Shown here: positions 10,901 through 19,858 of the stretch, one piece after another | Layout of the letters: the number at the start of each line of letters is the position of its first letter | How positions within the stretch are numbered: the stretch's first letter is position 1 | Assembly: GCA_001687465.1 (NCBI GenBank) | Contig: LVLI01000033.1 | Location: 56,064-76,063 of the forward strand | DNA: 20,000 nt | Direction: 5' to 3' | DNA from: Halocafeteria seosinensis | Taxonomy: Eukaryota | Translations under genes and position numbers: made by a program | The notes under the pieces: generated by a model | Told to the model about the DNA's origin: nothing | What the model saw: only the letters and a program-made list of their open reading frames with translations | The model's database searches: none

Positions 10901-11871
10901 TCCCTATAGGGCTTGTATTGGTTTTGTTTCTCCTCCAGGTCATGGTGGATCGACTTACCGGTGGACAAAGAGTCAACTGGAAGGCGCATATGATGAATTT
11001 TATTCCTGGGGCGATAGTCTTCCTCGAACTTGGGCATGCTTCAGCAACCAATGCGACAGTGGCATCGCTACAAGACTACCCATATGAAGTGTTCTCTTCT
11101 TCAAGGCTTTCGTTAAGCTTAGACGTGGAGAATGGGAGTTTCCGGTATTTGCTTTTGCAAACGTTGGCAAGTGTTGTCATGGGTGTATACATATTTGGTT
11201 TTCCGGTAGGAATGTCGTTGTACATGTGGAGGAAATTGCGTGGAATAGAAACGGCCGAAGAAGAAGCAGTTGTTCGAAAGAGGTTTAACCATATTCTTGG
11301 AGGATTTAATGTGCGTGGTGGTGGTTTCCTCTGGCCCAGTGTGGACATCCTACGGAAGCTTCTATTAATCTTTGTTAGCGTATTTACGACCCGCGCAACT
11401 GAGGAATTCGCGTACGCGAGTAGTATCCTGTTGGTGTCATATATCTTGACGATCCTAACAAGACCTTACACTGTCCCTTATTTAAACGTTGTTGAGTTAA
11501 TAAAGACGTTTGGTGCTGTTGGGACGGTTGCCTTGGGTGCAATCAGTTTCGGAATCGAGCACAACACTCTTCACGGAGTGTCCGGTGGGATTGCATTAGA
11601 TCTGATTGCATCATCAGTGTTGCTGGTTCAGGCGGTTGTACTCCTCTCTGTGATATTCTTCGGTTTGGTGATGTTGCCAAACGCTTTTCGCGAAGTGAAA
11701 GAGACTTTTTACTGGTGGAAAGGATGGTTCTTGTCAGCAATAAATTGTTGCTGTTGTCGGCAAAACTCGGAATCTGTGCTTCCTCTGCAGCCGTTGGACA
11801 AGACGGAAATTGATTCAAATGAAGGTGAATCTAGCGAGGAGGAAATTTCTCCCTTAGGAACTGACTGTTGA
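4964..11871 (+). CDS. 7-exon gene for a ~2168-aa receptor-like protein: signal peptide, LRRs, mucin-like S/T stalk, Ig-like/filamin-like beta domains, Cys-rich repeats, multi-pass membrane domain
   Basis: Exons 4964-5334, 5405-5482, 5544-5615, 5688-5756, 5818-5889, 5960-6031, 6099-11871 splice in frame through six GT-AG introns (6507 nt including stop). Exons 2-7 give LRR units (VDLSGLGLVEVKNGAF, MNFSTNQLSSLSNNIFNGFSNLETI, IDLSKNVFESLPTGIF, IDLQSNQFSEIDASLFEGLDYL, VNLDNNLLESL, LYLRGNEL). Filamin-like GAFEIDVSLNGSRIAQSPLTIHV, CxxCPxGxF repeats at ~9800-10300, CAAGHSGPLCDVC, then several hydrophobic helices at ~10315-11690. Start could be ATG 4964 or 5006. Confidence 0.88.
5335..6098 (+). other. 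Six short spliceosomal introns (5335-5404, 5483-5543, 5616-5687, 5757-5817, 5890-5959, 6032-6098), all phase 2
   Basis: Donors GTACGT, GTGGGT, GTAAGA, GTGAGA, GTAAGT, GTGAGT; acceptors GCAG or ACAG; lengths 61-72 nt; removing them restores a continuous LRR reading frame. Confidence 0.88.
6382..6624 (+). repeat. Intragenic duplication in the S/T stalk, 144-nt period, 2 copies
   Basis: SPTASASVSATLTSSISPTSSASLTATSSSSCS (from 6382) versus SPTVSASVSTTLTSSMSSTSSASLTATSSSSCS (from 6526), with matching nucleotide runs such as cgacctcgtccgcaagcttgactgcaac. Confidence 0.85.
6796..7104 (+). repeat. Intragenic tandem repeat in the S/T stalk, 117-nt (39-aa) period, ~2.6 copies
   Basis: Units start at 6796, 6913 and 7030, each with SS(S/A)STLFTTxxxPSGS. 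Confidence 0.85.
10429..10572 (+). repeat. Near-perfect in-frame 72-nt tandem duplication in the loop after the first membrane helix
   Basis: NSSYSSRSGSQGSLSPKRRALQSR (10429-10500) followed by NSSYSSRSGSQGSLSPKRRDLQSR (10501-10572). Confidence 0.92.
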
Positions 11872-14307
11872 TCGCTATCGGGATGAATGAATATTTTCGA
11901 ACTTCTATTGAGGAAATATTCAGTCGAATACAAATATCAGTTCTTCGGTTTCGCTTGCTGCCTCTGGGAAGTGCAAATCATTGCTATACTGGCATGTACC
12001 TTAGATATTTTCGCTGCAAGAGAACCTTATATACCGTGAATTGTACCCGTCTCCCACGACACACGACAGTACAACGACGACAGGTGAATGCCAGCGCACG
12101 AAGTTCTTTTACAGTACTTGGCGCTTGTTGCGGCTTGCTCTTGGCGACTTAAAAAACCGAAGGTAGCACATCCATTCTATTCACGTTTAAGACTCTCGCC
12201 TACAATAGTTTATCAGCATTTTCGTACCCTGGGTGAGTTGGGCTTCTCGAGGACAGTGTTGCCTGTTTTCTTTGTCTCAACAAATAGTTACAGACGAGAG
12301 AGGCAGACGATTACTGAGTGAATGAAAAGAATGGGTTTACTGTATGTATTGTCATGTTTTTGTCGACCGGAATTTAAGCGCGAGCCGTGCATCGACACAG
12401 CACACATTAAGTAATAGACACGGGCGCATACCGCTCCTCGTTAAGAGGACGCGGTCAACTCCCCGGCCGGTGGGCTATCTGTCACACATGTCATATGTGA
12501 GTAATAGACTATTAGTAGTACAGTGTATGTTGGTTTTTATTTTTATTTTTAGGCTGTGGTATTTTTCCATGCGATTGAAAACAGCGTTCATGTGGCTGAT
12601 CGATGGTATTCTCCGTACCTCTTCATTCGACACGCTTTACAGGGTACTTCTTCTCACCATGACGGTAGTACGCAAGCTCTACTGTACCAAGATGCAGCGC
12701 AAAGCGCCGCGGAAGGAGAGGCCAAGGCGCATGACCATGACGCCAAGAGAGGGAGCCCTGCTCCAGCTTTTTTAGCTTGGGGGCAAATTCTGCTTTGGTT
12801 GAGCGCATATACTGTACACGGTGTTACTGCTGGATAGTGGATCCAATGCAGTCAATACTGACTTGAGAAGCAGTATCCAAGGTGGGAACGAGTCGAGTAT
12901 TTCCCGGGAAAGAGTTTCTTTTGAATGACATGTACCGCGCTCGACTGGCATTGATACTGCCGCAGCGAACGTCGGAACCGACCGTTTAGTTAAAGAGCCA
13001 TACAGTACACCTCCCTGCAGTAGTACTTGTGGTATTTTGGATCTTACAATCTCGGGGGATTTAGGGCATGCGCAGGAAAGAGACAGGTGTTACTCAATTC
13101 CTTCTTGACTAATCAGTGCATTTTTATGTACGGTATCAATACCTCCTGTGCATTAGTAATTTAGTATTGCTGCTACCCCCGGGGATGCGTCAAAATTGAG
13201 TGTCTGGCGGTAAGAAGTTGTTACGCTTGTGCCGATCAAACTCCGCTCGACGAACTAGCTTGTAGTACAAGCTTTTCCGCAGCTTACAGAGTAGAACATG
13301 ACGCAAACGATGGAATTGATACCTTGGGGATCATTTTTGGGTACAGGAAATGCAGCAGCGCTCTCAGGTGGAGCTGCTAGCAGCCTTCTACTGGGAATCG
13401 TGGGTGCGACCCCTTACCAGGGAATTGCAAGAAATACATTAAATAACGTATTGAAAGCTGCTTCTCGTTGCCGAGTGGTTGCATCCGATGCTGAAGTGGC
13501 ATAATCCAAACTGATACGCACATGATTGTATATTTGAGCATTTCCCTGGAATTGAAATTCAGCGTGTGTGCGATCATCACTTTCCCCAAACCCTTGGTTG
13601 ACACACAACTTGACAGTGGCCGTTTAGCCCAACTCCGTAGCTTCAAGCTCCTAGCCAACCCCGGAAGACGTGCAGGCTACCTCCACGACTTCTCCGTCAA
13701 ATATCCCAGGAATGAGGGTGCCATCAAGTAGACGGGACATAATGCACGTGTATCTACAAGTGTGAACGGTCAACTCAAGTCGTGCGCATTTTGGTAGTAA
13801 TAACTGGTTCCCGAGGGTATGGACTCTGGAGACTAGACCAGAGTCTATGGAATCCCCGGACTCCGGAGTCCGAAGTTTCCCGGGCTAATTGCTGAAGGTG
13901 GAAGTTCCGCACGTTACTAGCGGCTGTATCGAGAGCATTGTTAGTGTTAGCCTACCTCATCATCCGTCTGTCTGTATCGAGTAGAATCGTAAATAGATAT
14001 CGTATTCATCTTGCACTAGTTATATGGTATGTGTCAGCTCCCACTGCACGGTGCTGCCAAAAAGAGCCGTTTCGCTGGGATCACTGAAAGTCTCCACAGC
14101 AGCAGATAGTTTAGACCCAAGAGCAGCCATATTATTTTAATTTGTGTTTGTTGGCGTATCCGCTGTTTGGTATCCCTCCCTTTGTGCGTTTGTCCATGCA
14201 CGTGCGTTCTGCACGACTTGTCGGGTGACCGACCGGTTCAGCCGGCTTTTTACTTGTTCGGACGCCTTCTGCTGTTTCTGGTCTGGAGGGCTTTCTGACC
14301 CCAAAGC

Positions 14308-14783
14308 ATGTGGCTTCGTGTTGGATGGATTATTGCTCTGTGGATATGGCTTAATCTTGTGCATAATACAAGACTTTATGGACGTAGCGTGCTGGAAGGG
14401 CCCATATCGGGTCGCACAAACCAAGGGAATCGCAACTACTTAAGGAATCAAATGGAAAATGGCCACAACCCGAAGCAAAACAATAATGGAGATCGTTCAC
14501 ATGGGGCAGTACTCTGGAGTAACATTGCAAACACACGGGGTCATCGGATGCCACCGTCGCCTTTTCGTCAAGGAGAGAACCGAACTGACTGGGCTAGTTC
14601 ACGTCATTTTCGGAACTTGGTCAGTGATGCTTCGACTTGTTGCGACATCGAAAACCATATCTTAAAAGACTGTTCCACATGTATTTTCGGGAGCACAGTG
14701 TACGGAAATGTTCTAGAGTTGTGTTGAATCCCCTATAATTTGTACGAGTCTACACCGCTACATTCTTTTGCAGTGACCTGGCC
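14308..14783 (+). pseudogene. 5' fragment of a paralog of the LRR receptor gene (exon 1 14308-14699, intron 14700-14773, first codons of exon 2), interrupted by AT-rich sequence
   Basis: Hydrophobic N-terminus. FRNLVSDASTCCDIENHILKDCSTCIFGSTV aligns with ARRLADDASSCCSIEDNVLEKCSDCTLGAIV of exon 1 at 4964. Same phase-2 donor GTACG at the equivalent position, acceptor TTTTGCAG, exon 2 begins V-D-L as in the intact gene, then homology is lost and a TAA follows at 14820-14822. Confidence 0.78.
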
Positions 14784-14795
14784 ATATATTACTAT

Positions 14796-15051
14796 AGGAA
14801 AAATGGTGAATTTTTGATGTAATGACTTTTCGCTACGCTCAAAGCCAAACATCAAAAACGCTGACGCTATTCACCATTTTTCCTTTCTCCATATAAAGTG
14901 TAATTTTAAAGTGTAATTTTCAAAAGTGAAATTTTCAAAAGTGAAATTTTCAAAAGTGAAATTTTCAAAAGTGTAATTTTTAAATTATTAAGTTAAATTT
15001 TAAGATTTTGAATTATATAAATTTTAAAGTGTAAAAAATTCACCATTTTTC
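14796..15051. repeat. Nested inverted repeats of the motif GAAAAATGGTGAAT
   Basis: 14796-14811 is the reverse complement of 14869-14884 (16 bp). 14811-14820 pairs with 14849-14858 (10 bp). 14798-14815 is the reverse complement of 15034-15051 (18 bp). Confidence 0.88.
14895..14981 (+). repeat. Tandem array of six 13-15-nt units, consensus AAAAGTG(A/T)AATTTTC
   Basis: Units start at 14895, 14908, 14922, 14937, 14952 and 14967; the three from 14922 to 14966 are identical (aaaagtgaaattttc). Confidence 0.92.
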
Positions 15052-15066
15052 AAAACTGGACAAAAT

Positions 15067-15068
15067 NN
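15067..15068. other. Assembly gap or ambiguous bases (NN); sequence on either side may not be truly adjacent
   Basis: Literal 'nn', with a sharp composition change across it. Confidence 0.9.
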
Positions 15069-15210
15069 GTGTTGTAAACATGAAGCAAGACCTCAGCGAG
15101 TATAGACTTTGGCGAATGGCTTAGTAAAGGACATGTCGACGCGGGACATCAACGCCAACGTGGCGCAAGCAGCGCCTCAAGCGAAGGTGGTAAACGGGGC
15201 CTCCGGATTT
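15069..15210 (+). repeat. Direct repeat copy 1 (identical to 19859-20000); possible 5' part of an LTR spanning 15070-15599
   Basis: 142/142 nt identical by inspection, offset 4790 nt; reads TGTTGT from 15070. Confidence 0.93.
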
Positions 15211-15258
15211 TGCGCTAGGGGATGCTGTGTTGTGCTAGGGGATTTACTTCCTATGATA

Positions 15259-15461
15259 CCTCAACCGGCGAGCAAGCTTCCGAAGGATTAGTGGAGTCTT
15301 GGCATCATTGATGGAAACCAAAGTAGTACTGCCGAACCAGTAGGGCCAATAGATGCACAGCTGCACAATAAAGGCCTTACTGGGTCGGCAGTACTACTTT
15401 GGTTTCCATCAATGATGCCAAGACTCCACTAATCCTTCGGAAGCTTGCTCGCCGGTTGAGG
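15259..15461. repeat. Long inverted repeat/hairpin: 77-bp perfect arms extending to 89 bp, 25-nt loop
   Basis: 15259-15335 is the exact reverse complement of 15385-15461. Pairing continues to 15347/15373 with one mismatch and one G-T pair. The loop 15348-15372 contains AATAAA at 15367-15372. Confidence 0.95.
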
Positions 15462-15962
15462 ACGGAGTGATAAGGGGTCTACGACCACCTGACAGACTCT
15501 GTGTTTCCTATTCCATCCAAGCATTAAAGCGCGTTTCAAGTATGAAGAACCGTCAGCCGAAGGAAGAGACGAGGGTCACTGCGCCGTCTGAGAACAACAA
15601 CGTGGTGTGTATGGGAGGATAATAATTGTTAAGGAAATTCATAGGTAGCAGAAACTGCACCAAGGAGCGAGAGCGGTCAAAAACAAGCCGAAAGAGACAT
15701 GCCCGAGAGAAGAACGCCTTCACTAGCCGAAAGTATTGTTCGATTGCTTAGCTAGGCTGCATGATTTGGCTGTCCGCGCCGTACAGGCTCTGAGCTATTG
15801 CTAGATCCGCGATGCGTAACGCTATGATTCGTAACGGTGAAACGAACCTTGGAGTCCTCTATGTTCAGTAAATTACTACAACAAATATCACCCATTAACT
15901 GTATTTAGCTACGCCTCCACATTTCTCTTGATTCATTCCTTGAAATGCTTTGCCAAACATCT

Positions 15963-18752
15963 TCAGCCTTTAACCGTGCGCGTGGGTTGTTGAGCAGGCA
16001 GTACAATGACCCCGTCAGTATATTCCCTTGGTTTACCAGTAACCGAAGCGCTATTTGTTTCAGAAGCTGTCGGCATGGAGCTTCGTGCTGGAGTTGAGCT
16101 CGACGATGACGTTCCTGTCATAGTCGGAGAACTAGTGGTAGAAGATGAAGCCGAGCTAGTAGATGTCCAAGTAGGTGTAGCAAGTGCAGTCCTTGACGGA
16201 CTCTCCGATCTGGTGGCCGTCGACGTGAGAGTGGAACTGTGGGTTGGTGTCAAAGTTGGGGTGGAGCTTACCGTTCCAGTTGGAGTCCTCGTTTGGCTGT
16301 GCGAGGACGATGACGATGACGATGGAGTGGCAGTCGCAGAGGAGGTTAAGCTGCTTGAAGGAGTCTCCGACCTTGTTGTTGTCGCTGATGGCGTCGACGT
16401 CGGTGAAGGAGTAGGACTCGCTGGTACTTGAAAGCGTAGAATTGGCAGCGGATTCTCTTCGTCGTCGTCATTTTCTCCTCCATCGACAGCCCATACGTCC
16501 TCAGACCACCCTCCCAGTTGATACAGTTGTCCCTGTATATCGCTCAAAGTATCTGAATTGTCTGTCTCGACGAGATTAGTTCCATCATCCACCCCTACGA
16601 TCGACGCGGCTCCTCCATTTCCATCGTATACCGAATATTTTACGTGAATAGTGCCAGTTGCTGTACCCCGTATTGTCCCTATAATTCCACCAGCATCCGT
16701 ACCAGTGACTGTACCTGATGCGTACGTATTGATGATGTATACATCACCTGTCGCAACGCTTGATACCCCTCCTGTCCTTCTTCCTGTAATACCTCCTGCT
16801 TGTTTGCCACTAATATCTCCTCGTGTATAACAATCTATAATATGTACTTCACCCCCATCCTCTGCTGTCTCATCGCCACTAATCCCTCCACTATCATCTG
16901 CAGATATTTGTCCCATACTATAACATTCCTTGATATACACGAATCCATTGGTATGACCAGCATCGTTACCCACTATACCACCACTTTCGTCAGCACCAGG
17001 AATGATATCTCCTGTGGAATAGGAACGAGTTATATACACTTGACCATTCGTAAAACCAGCACCATTTCCACAAATACCACCTGCCCATTGTCCTCCAATA
17101 TTCCCAGTGGAATAACAATCCGTGATATTGACAATCCCATGATTGTATCCTACTCGGTCCCCTGCAATCCCACCTGCATCGTTACCCAGTATCCTCCCTG
17201 TCGAATACGAATTCGATATCTTGATTTGACCATGTCTAAGACCACTTCGATAACCACATATACCACCACCATCGTTGCCAGCAATATCTCCTGATGAACT
17301 ACATGAATCAATGATAAAGAATTTCTGCTTTTCTTGGACAATGAATCCACCTCGCCATGCAGTTTTCCCATTCCTAACATCAAGATTCCGAATCAAGGGA
17401 GCTTGATCAAATGATACAACACTACCCAGTATAGTAAACAATCCTTGGAAACCTGTTATTCCGTGTAGATCTATAAAGTTCCCATGTTGCCGACCACCAT
17501 CAAATATCTCATGCGCATCCAACGAGATGTAGTCTTGGTTCGTATAGCCATGATCACCCCAAGCCAACACACTACAATTCATTTCAAACTGGTTTTCAAC
17601 CGCATTATAGTGAAAGCAGGATTCGTCACCATTTAGAATCGCAGGTCGTAAATCTGTTGCTGCTACTACCTCGTTCAAAAGAATGCAACCGAAAAACAAT
17701 GACGCCAACATAACCGTCGTGAGTGACGAAATATTACCACTCGTATTTTGTAGTCCGTACGCCGGAGACGCTTTTCCATGCGCTAGCAGCTTCATTCTCC
17801 TATTAGGAGATGGCCACGTCAGTGTCTCGATTGGAAACTTATATCGCAATTGAGAAGCGTTTACCAAAGTGTTGCTGGGAGTGGCAGAAAATTCCTCATC
17901 TTCTGGAGTTGTAAACTTCCAACTCAATGCTTGCAAAACCGGGACGGATGCGATCAGCAGGCTCAATACAACGAGCAGTGGTGTCTCCTTTGGGACAGTC
18001 AAGCCGTGGAATCCAAGGTGTGTCATGTGACCACAAAAGCGAACTATCTCTCGGACACTACGGAGTGGATTCATATCTCTCCTCGCTATAGAGCTGGCAA
18101 TCGTAAAAGCAGCACTTTCTCGTCCGCTCTTAACTAGCTTGTTCCACAGATGAACATAGTCGGTCGTTGGGTAATGAACCCTTGGACAAAAGTCATTTTT
18201 CACTTTGACGTGTGCGTTCGTCTCAGACGTGAACAACCCATTGGAACGACCAATGAACTTCATGTCACTAGTACTCTTCCGCACCACGTTCATCGCTGCA
18301 ACAAGATGTTTCATTACAACTGGATCTTCCGGGAGATTTTTACTTAGACACTGCAACCTTCTTCCCGTATTTTCAAGTATGTAGTAGTCATACGATAACA
18401 TCTTGTGAACCCTTCCTCCTCGTGACAACGCGCCAAACTGAACCGGCATCGGAAGACAAGGGACATGTTTGCTACGACCCGAATCAGATGACGGCACGGT
18501 ACGAGCAGAGGAGGCAAAGCGAGGCAACCTCTGACGAGATCCATGCACTGGGAAAGTACCACACTGCGAAGAGAATCCTGGTACGCGATGCGCTACTGAT
18601 ACGCATGGCTCACTGGGTTGGGGACCGTCCGCTTGCTTTGGCTCCTTGTCGGATATCAACTGAGGATGGACAGCAATGAAAGCGACCCCTATCGACATCA
18701 GTGTCCATTGCAAGGTGAGCAAAGATGATATACGCTGTGTGGGTCGTGTCAT
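15963..18752 (-). CDS. Secreted or surface protein with Gly-rich GLUG-like repeats and Ser/Thr-rich tail, no C-terminal anchor (paralog 2)
   Basis: 929-aa intronless ORF. Shares TDLRPAILNGDESCFHY, QFEMNCSVLAW, YISLDAHEIFDGG, GGFIVQEKQKFFIIDSCSSSGDI, multiple CYSTGxI...AGGIxG repeats and LPILRFQ with paralog 1, then an S/T/P tract to the stop. Confidence 0.87.
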   Translation of the reverse strand: MTRPTQRISSLLTLQWTLMSIGVAFIAVHPQLISDKEPKQADGPQPSEPCVSVAHRVPGFSSQCGTFPVHGSRQRLPRFASSARTVPSSDSGRSKHVPCLPMPVQFGALSRGGRVHKMLSYDYYILENTGRRLQCLSKNLPEDPVVMKHLVAAMNVVRKSTSDMKFIGRSNGLFTSETNAHVKVKNDFCPRVHYPTTDYVHLWNKLVKSGRESAAFTIASSIARRDMNPLRSVREIVRFCGHMTHLGFHGLTVPKETPLLVVLSLLIASVPVLQALSWKFTTPEDEEFSATPSNTLVNASQLRYKFPIETLTWPSPNRRMKLLAHGKASPAYGLQNTSGNISSLTTVMLASLFFGCILLNEVVAATDLRPAILNGDESCFHYNAVENQFEMNCSVLAWGDHGYTNQDYISLDAHEIFDGGRQHGNFIDLHGITGFQGLFTILGSVVSFDQAPLIRNLDVRNGKTAWRGGFIVQEKQKFFIIDSCSSSGDIAGNDGGGICGYRSGLRHGQIKISNSYSTGRILGNDAGGIAGDRVGYNHGIVNITDCYSTGNIGGQWAGGICGNGAGFTNGQVYITRSYSTGDIIPGADESGGIVGNDAGHTNGFVYIKECYSMGQISADDSGGISGDETAEDGGEVHIIDCYTRGDISGKQAGGITGRRTGGVSSVATGDVYIINTYASGTVTGTDAGGIIGTIRGTATGTIHVKYSVYDGNGGAASIVGVDDGTNLVETDNSDTLSDIQGQLYQLGGWSEDVWAVDGGENDDDEENPLPILRFQVPASPTPSPTSTPSATTTRSETPSSSLTSSATATPSSSSSSSHSQTRTPTGTVSSTPTLTPTHSSTLTSTATRSESPSRTALATPTWTSTSSASSSTTSSPTMTGTSSSSSTPARSSMPTASETNSASVTGKPREYTDGVIVLPAQQPTRTVKG

Positions 18753-19858
18753 GGTGACAGTACAGTATTAGCCTGAGAAAAAGGCGATGAATCACGCGCT
18801 ACTTTTCCTTGCTTGCCCTTGTTCTTTCTGCCTCTAGCAGTAGAGTAGCTGCTGTCCGACACCTTGGTATGGCTTCGGGAGAAAACTCCTGTTTAAGTAA
18901 CGAGTACCTGTTCCGGTCTCTGATTTCTTCCTCAATACCCACTTCTGCTGTATACAATGTAGAAAGCGCTGTAGCGCACGAACGGGAAACATCCGCAGCG
19001 GCGAAGCCCGACTTGTTCAGCAGATTTCCCCGACTGCGTTTTCTCAGAATCCTGAGAGCATGTCTATCCCCGCATCGACCATCCGCATGTTTGGGCGAGA
19101 TTTCATGCTCAAACAGCTACTCTAGACCTCGTAACGTAGGTGTGACTGCTTTGGCAACCAGACTTCCCTGTGAAGTTCGCCGGCCAAGCTTCACAAGGGG
19201 CGTCTTCGCCTGTGTATGATACAGTACCAATTAGGGGATTTGGAGGAAAATCGGCTGTTGATTTGTTATTATGGAACCAATATCGTCATTACGGTATGTT
19301 GGCTACAAACTTCTTTTTGGGGCCGTGGATCCCCCTCAGCACTCTACTTGGACCGAAGTTCGGCTGCCGATCACTTGCCGCGCTCACGGAGAAGCCAGTA
19401 CACGTTGCTTTGAGCTCTTACAGTATACCACTGGCTTAGAAGACCATTAAGCGCCGTCACTATCAGTAGACGCATTCTGACAAGAACGTCTTCCTTTGGA
19501 GTGGATCAAGCAGTCCTGTAATCCAGGACATATGTGTGACTGTCGGTCGGCAACGAGATTCCTGAGCCTCTGCCTGTCGATAGTGGCGTAGACTCCTGGG
19601 GAGCGAGTGAATATTAATTGCTTCAAGACGAGAAAAGCTAACAAAGCAGGGTCAAATATGCTTCTCGCTCGTGGGCTTGCTGTAGCTGAGAAGCAGATTG
19701 TACAGTGTACCTGTTACGCAACCCAAGCAATTCACATTTGTCGAGTTTGCTCGGCCCTGGGTGCCCCTTAATTGAAAACAAGACAATCAATGTGCAAGAT
19801 CAACGAGACAAACAGCGCTTCTTCAAAAAACTGGTTTGAAGCTGCTGCAAGAGATTAG

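Larger units (their letters stand above)
14784..15066. mobile_element. Very AT-rich foreign-looking segment with inverted and tandem repeats; probable terminus of an inserted element, truncated by the gap
   Basis: 33 G+C in 180 nt over 14881-15060 (~18%) against roughly 50% in the flanks. Abrupt start inside an LRR exon, nested inverted repeats and a tandem array, ending at NN. No coding sequence visible, so the class is unknown. Confidence 0.5.

Noticed and set aside
12344..12837. Overlapping short ORFs and a possible GTGAGT…TTTTTAG intron (~12497-12552)
   Set aside because: No recognisable protein and no consistent gene model could be built.
14781..14798. ATATATTAC at the insertion junction as a CRESS-virus rolling-circle nonanucleotide
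   Set aside because: It does not match NANTATTAC exactly, the surrounding stem is weak, the context is AT-rich and no Rep gene is visible.
14895..14981. Short repeat array as a CRISPR or telomere
   Set aside because: Units are directly adjacent with no unique spacers, there are no cas genes, and the context is eukaryotic. The 13-15-nt AT-rich unit is not a typical telomeric repeat.
15211..15243. TGYGCTAGGGGAT direct repeat with 20-nt period
   Set aside because: Only two short copies; a minor local duplication with no independent interpretation.
15600..19858. gag/pol or transposase inside the repeat-bounded unit
   Set aside because: No RT (YxDD), integrase, protease or CCHC motifs were seen in the listed ORFs, so an autonomous element is not supported.
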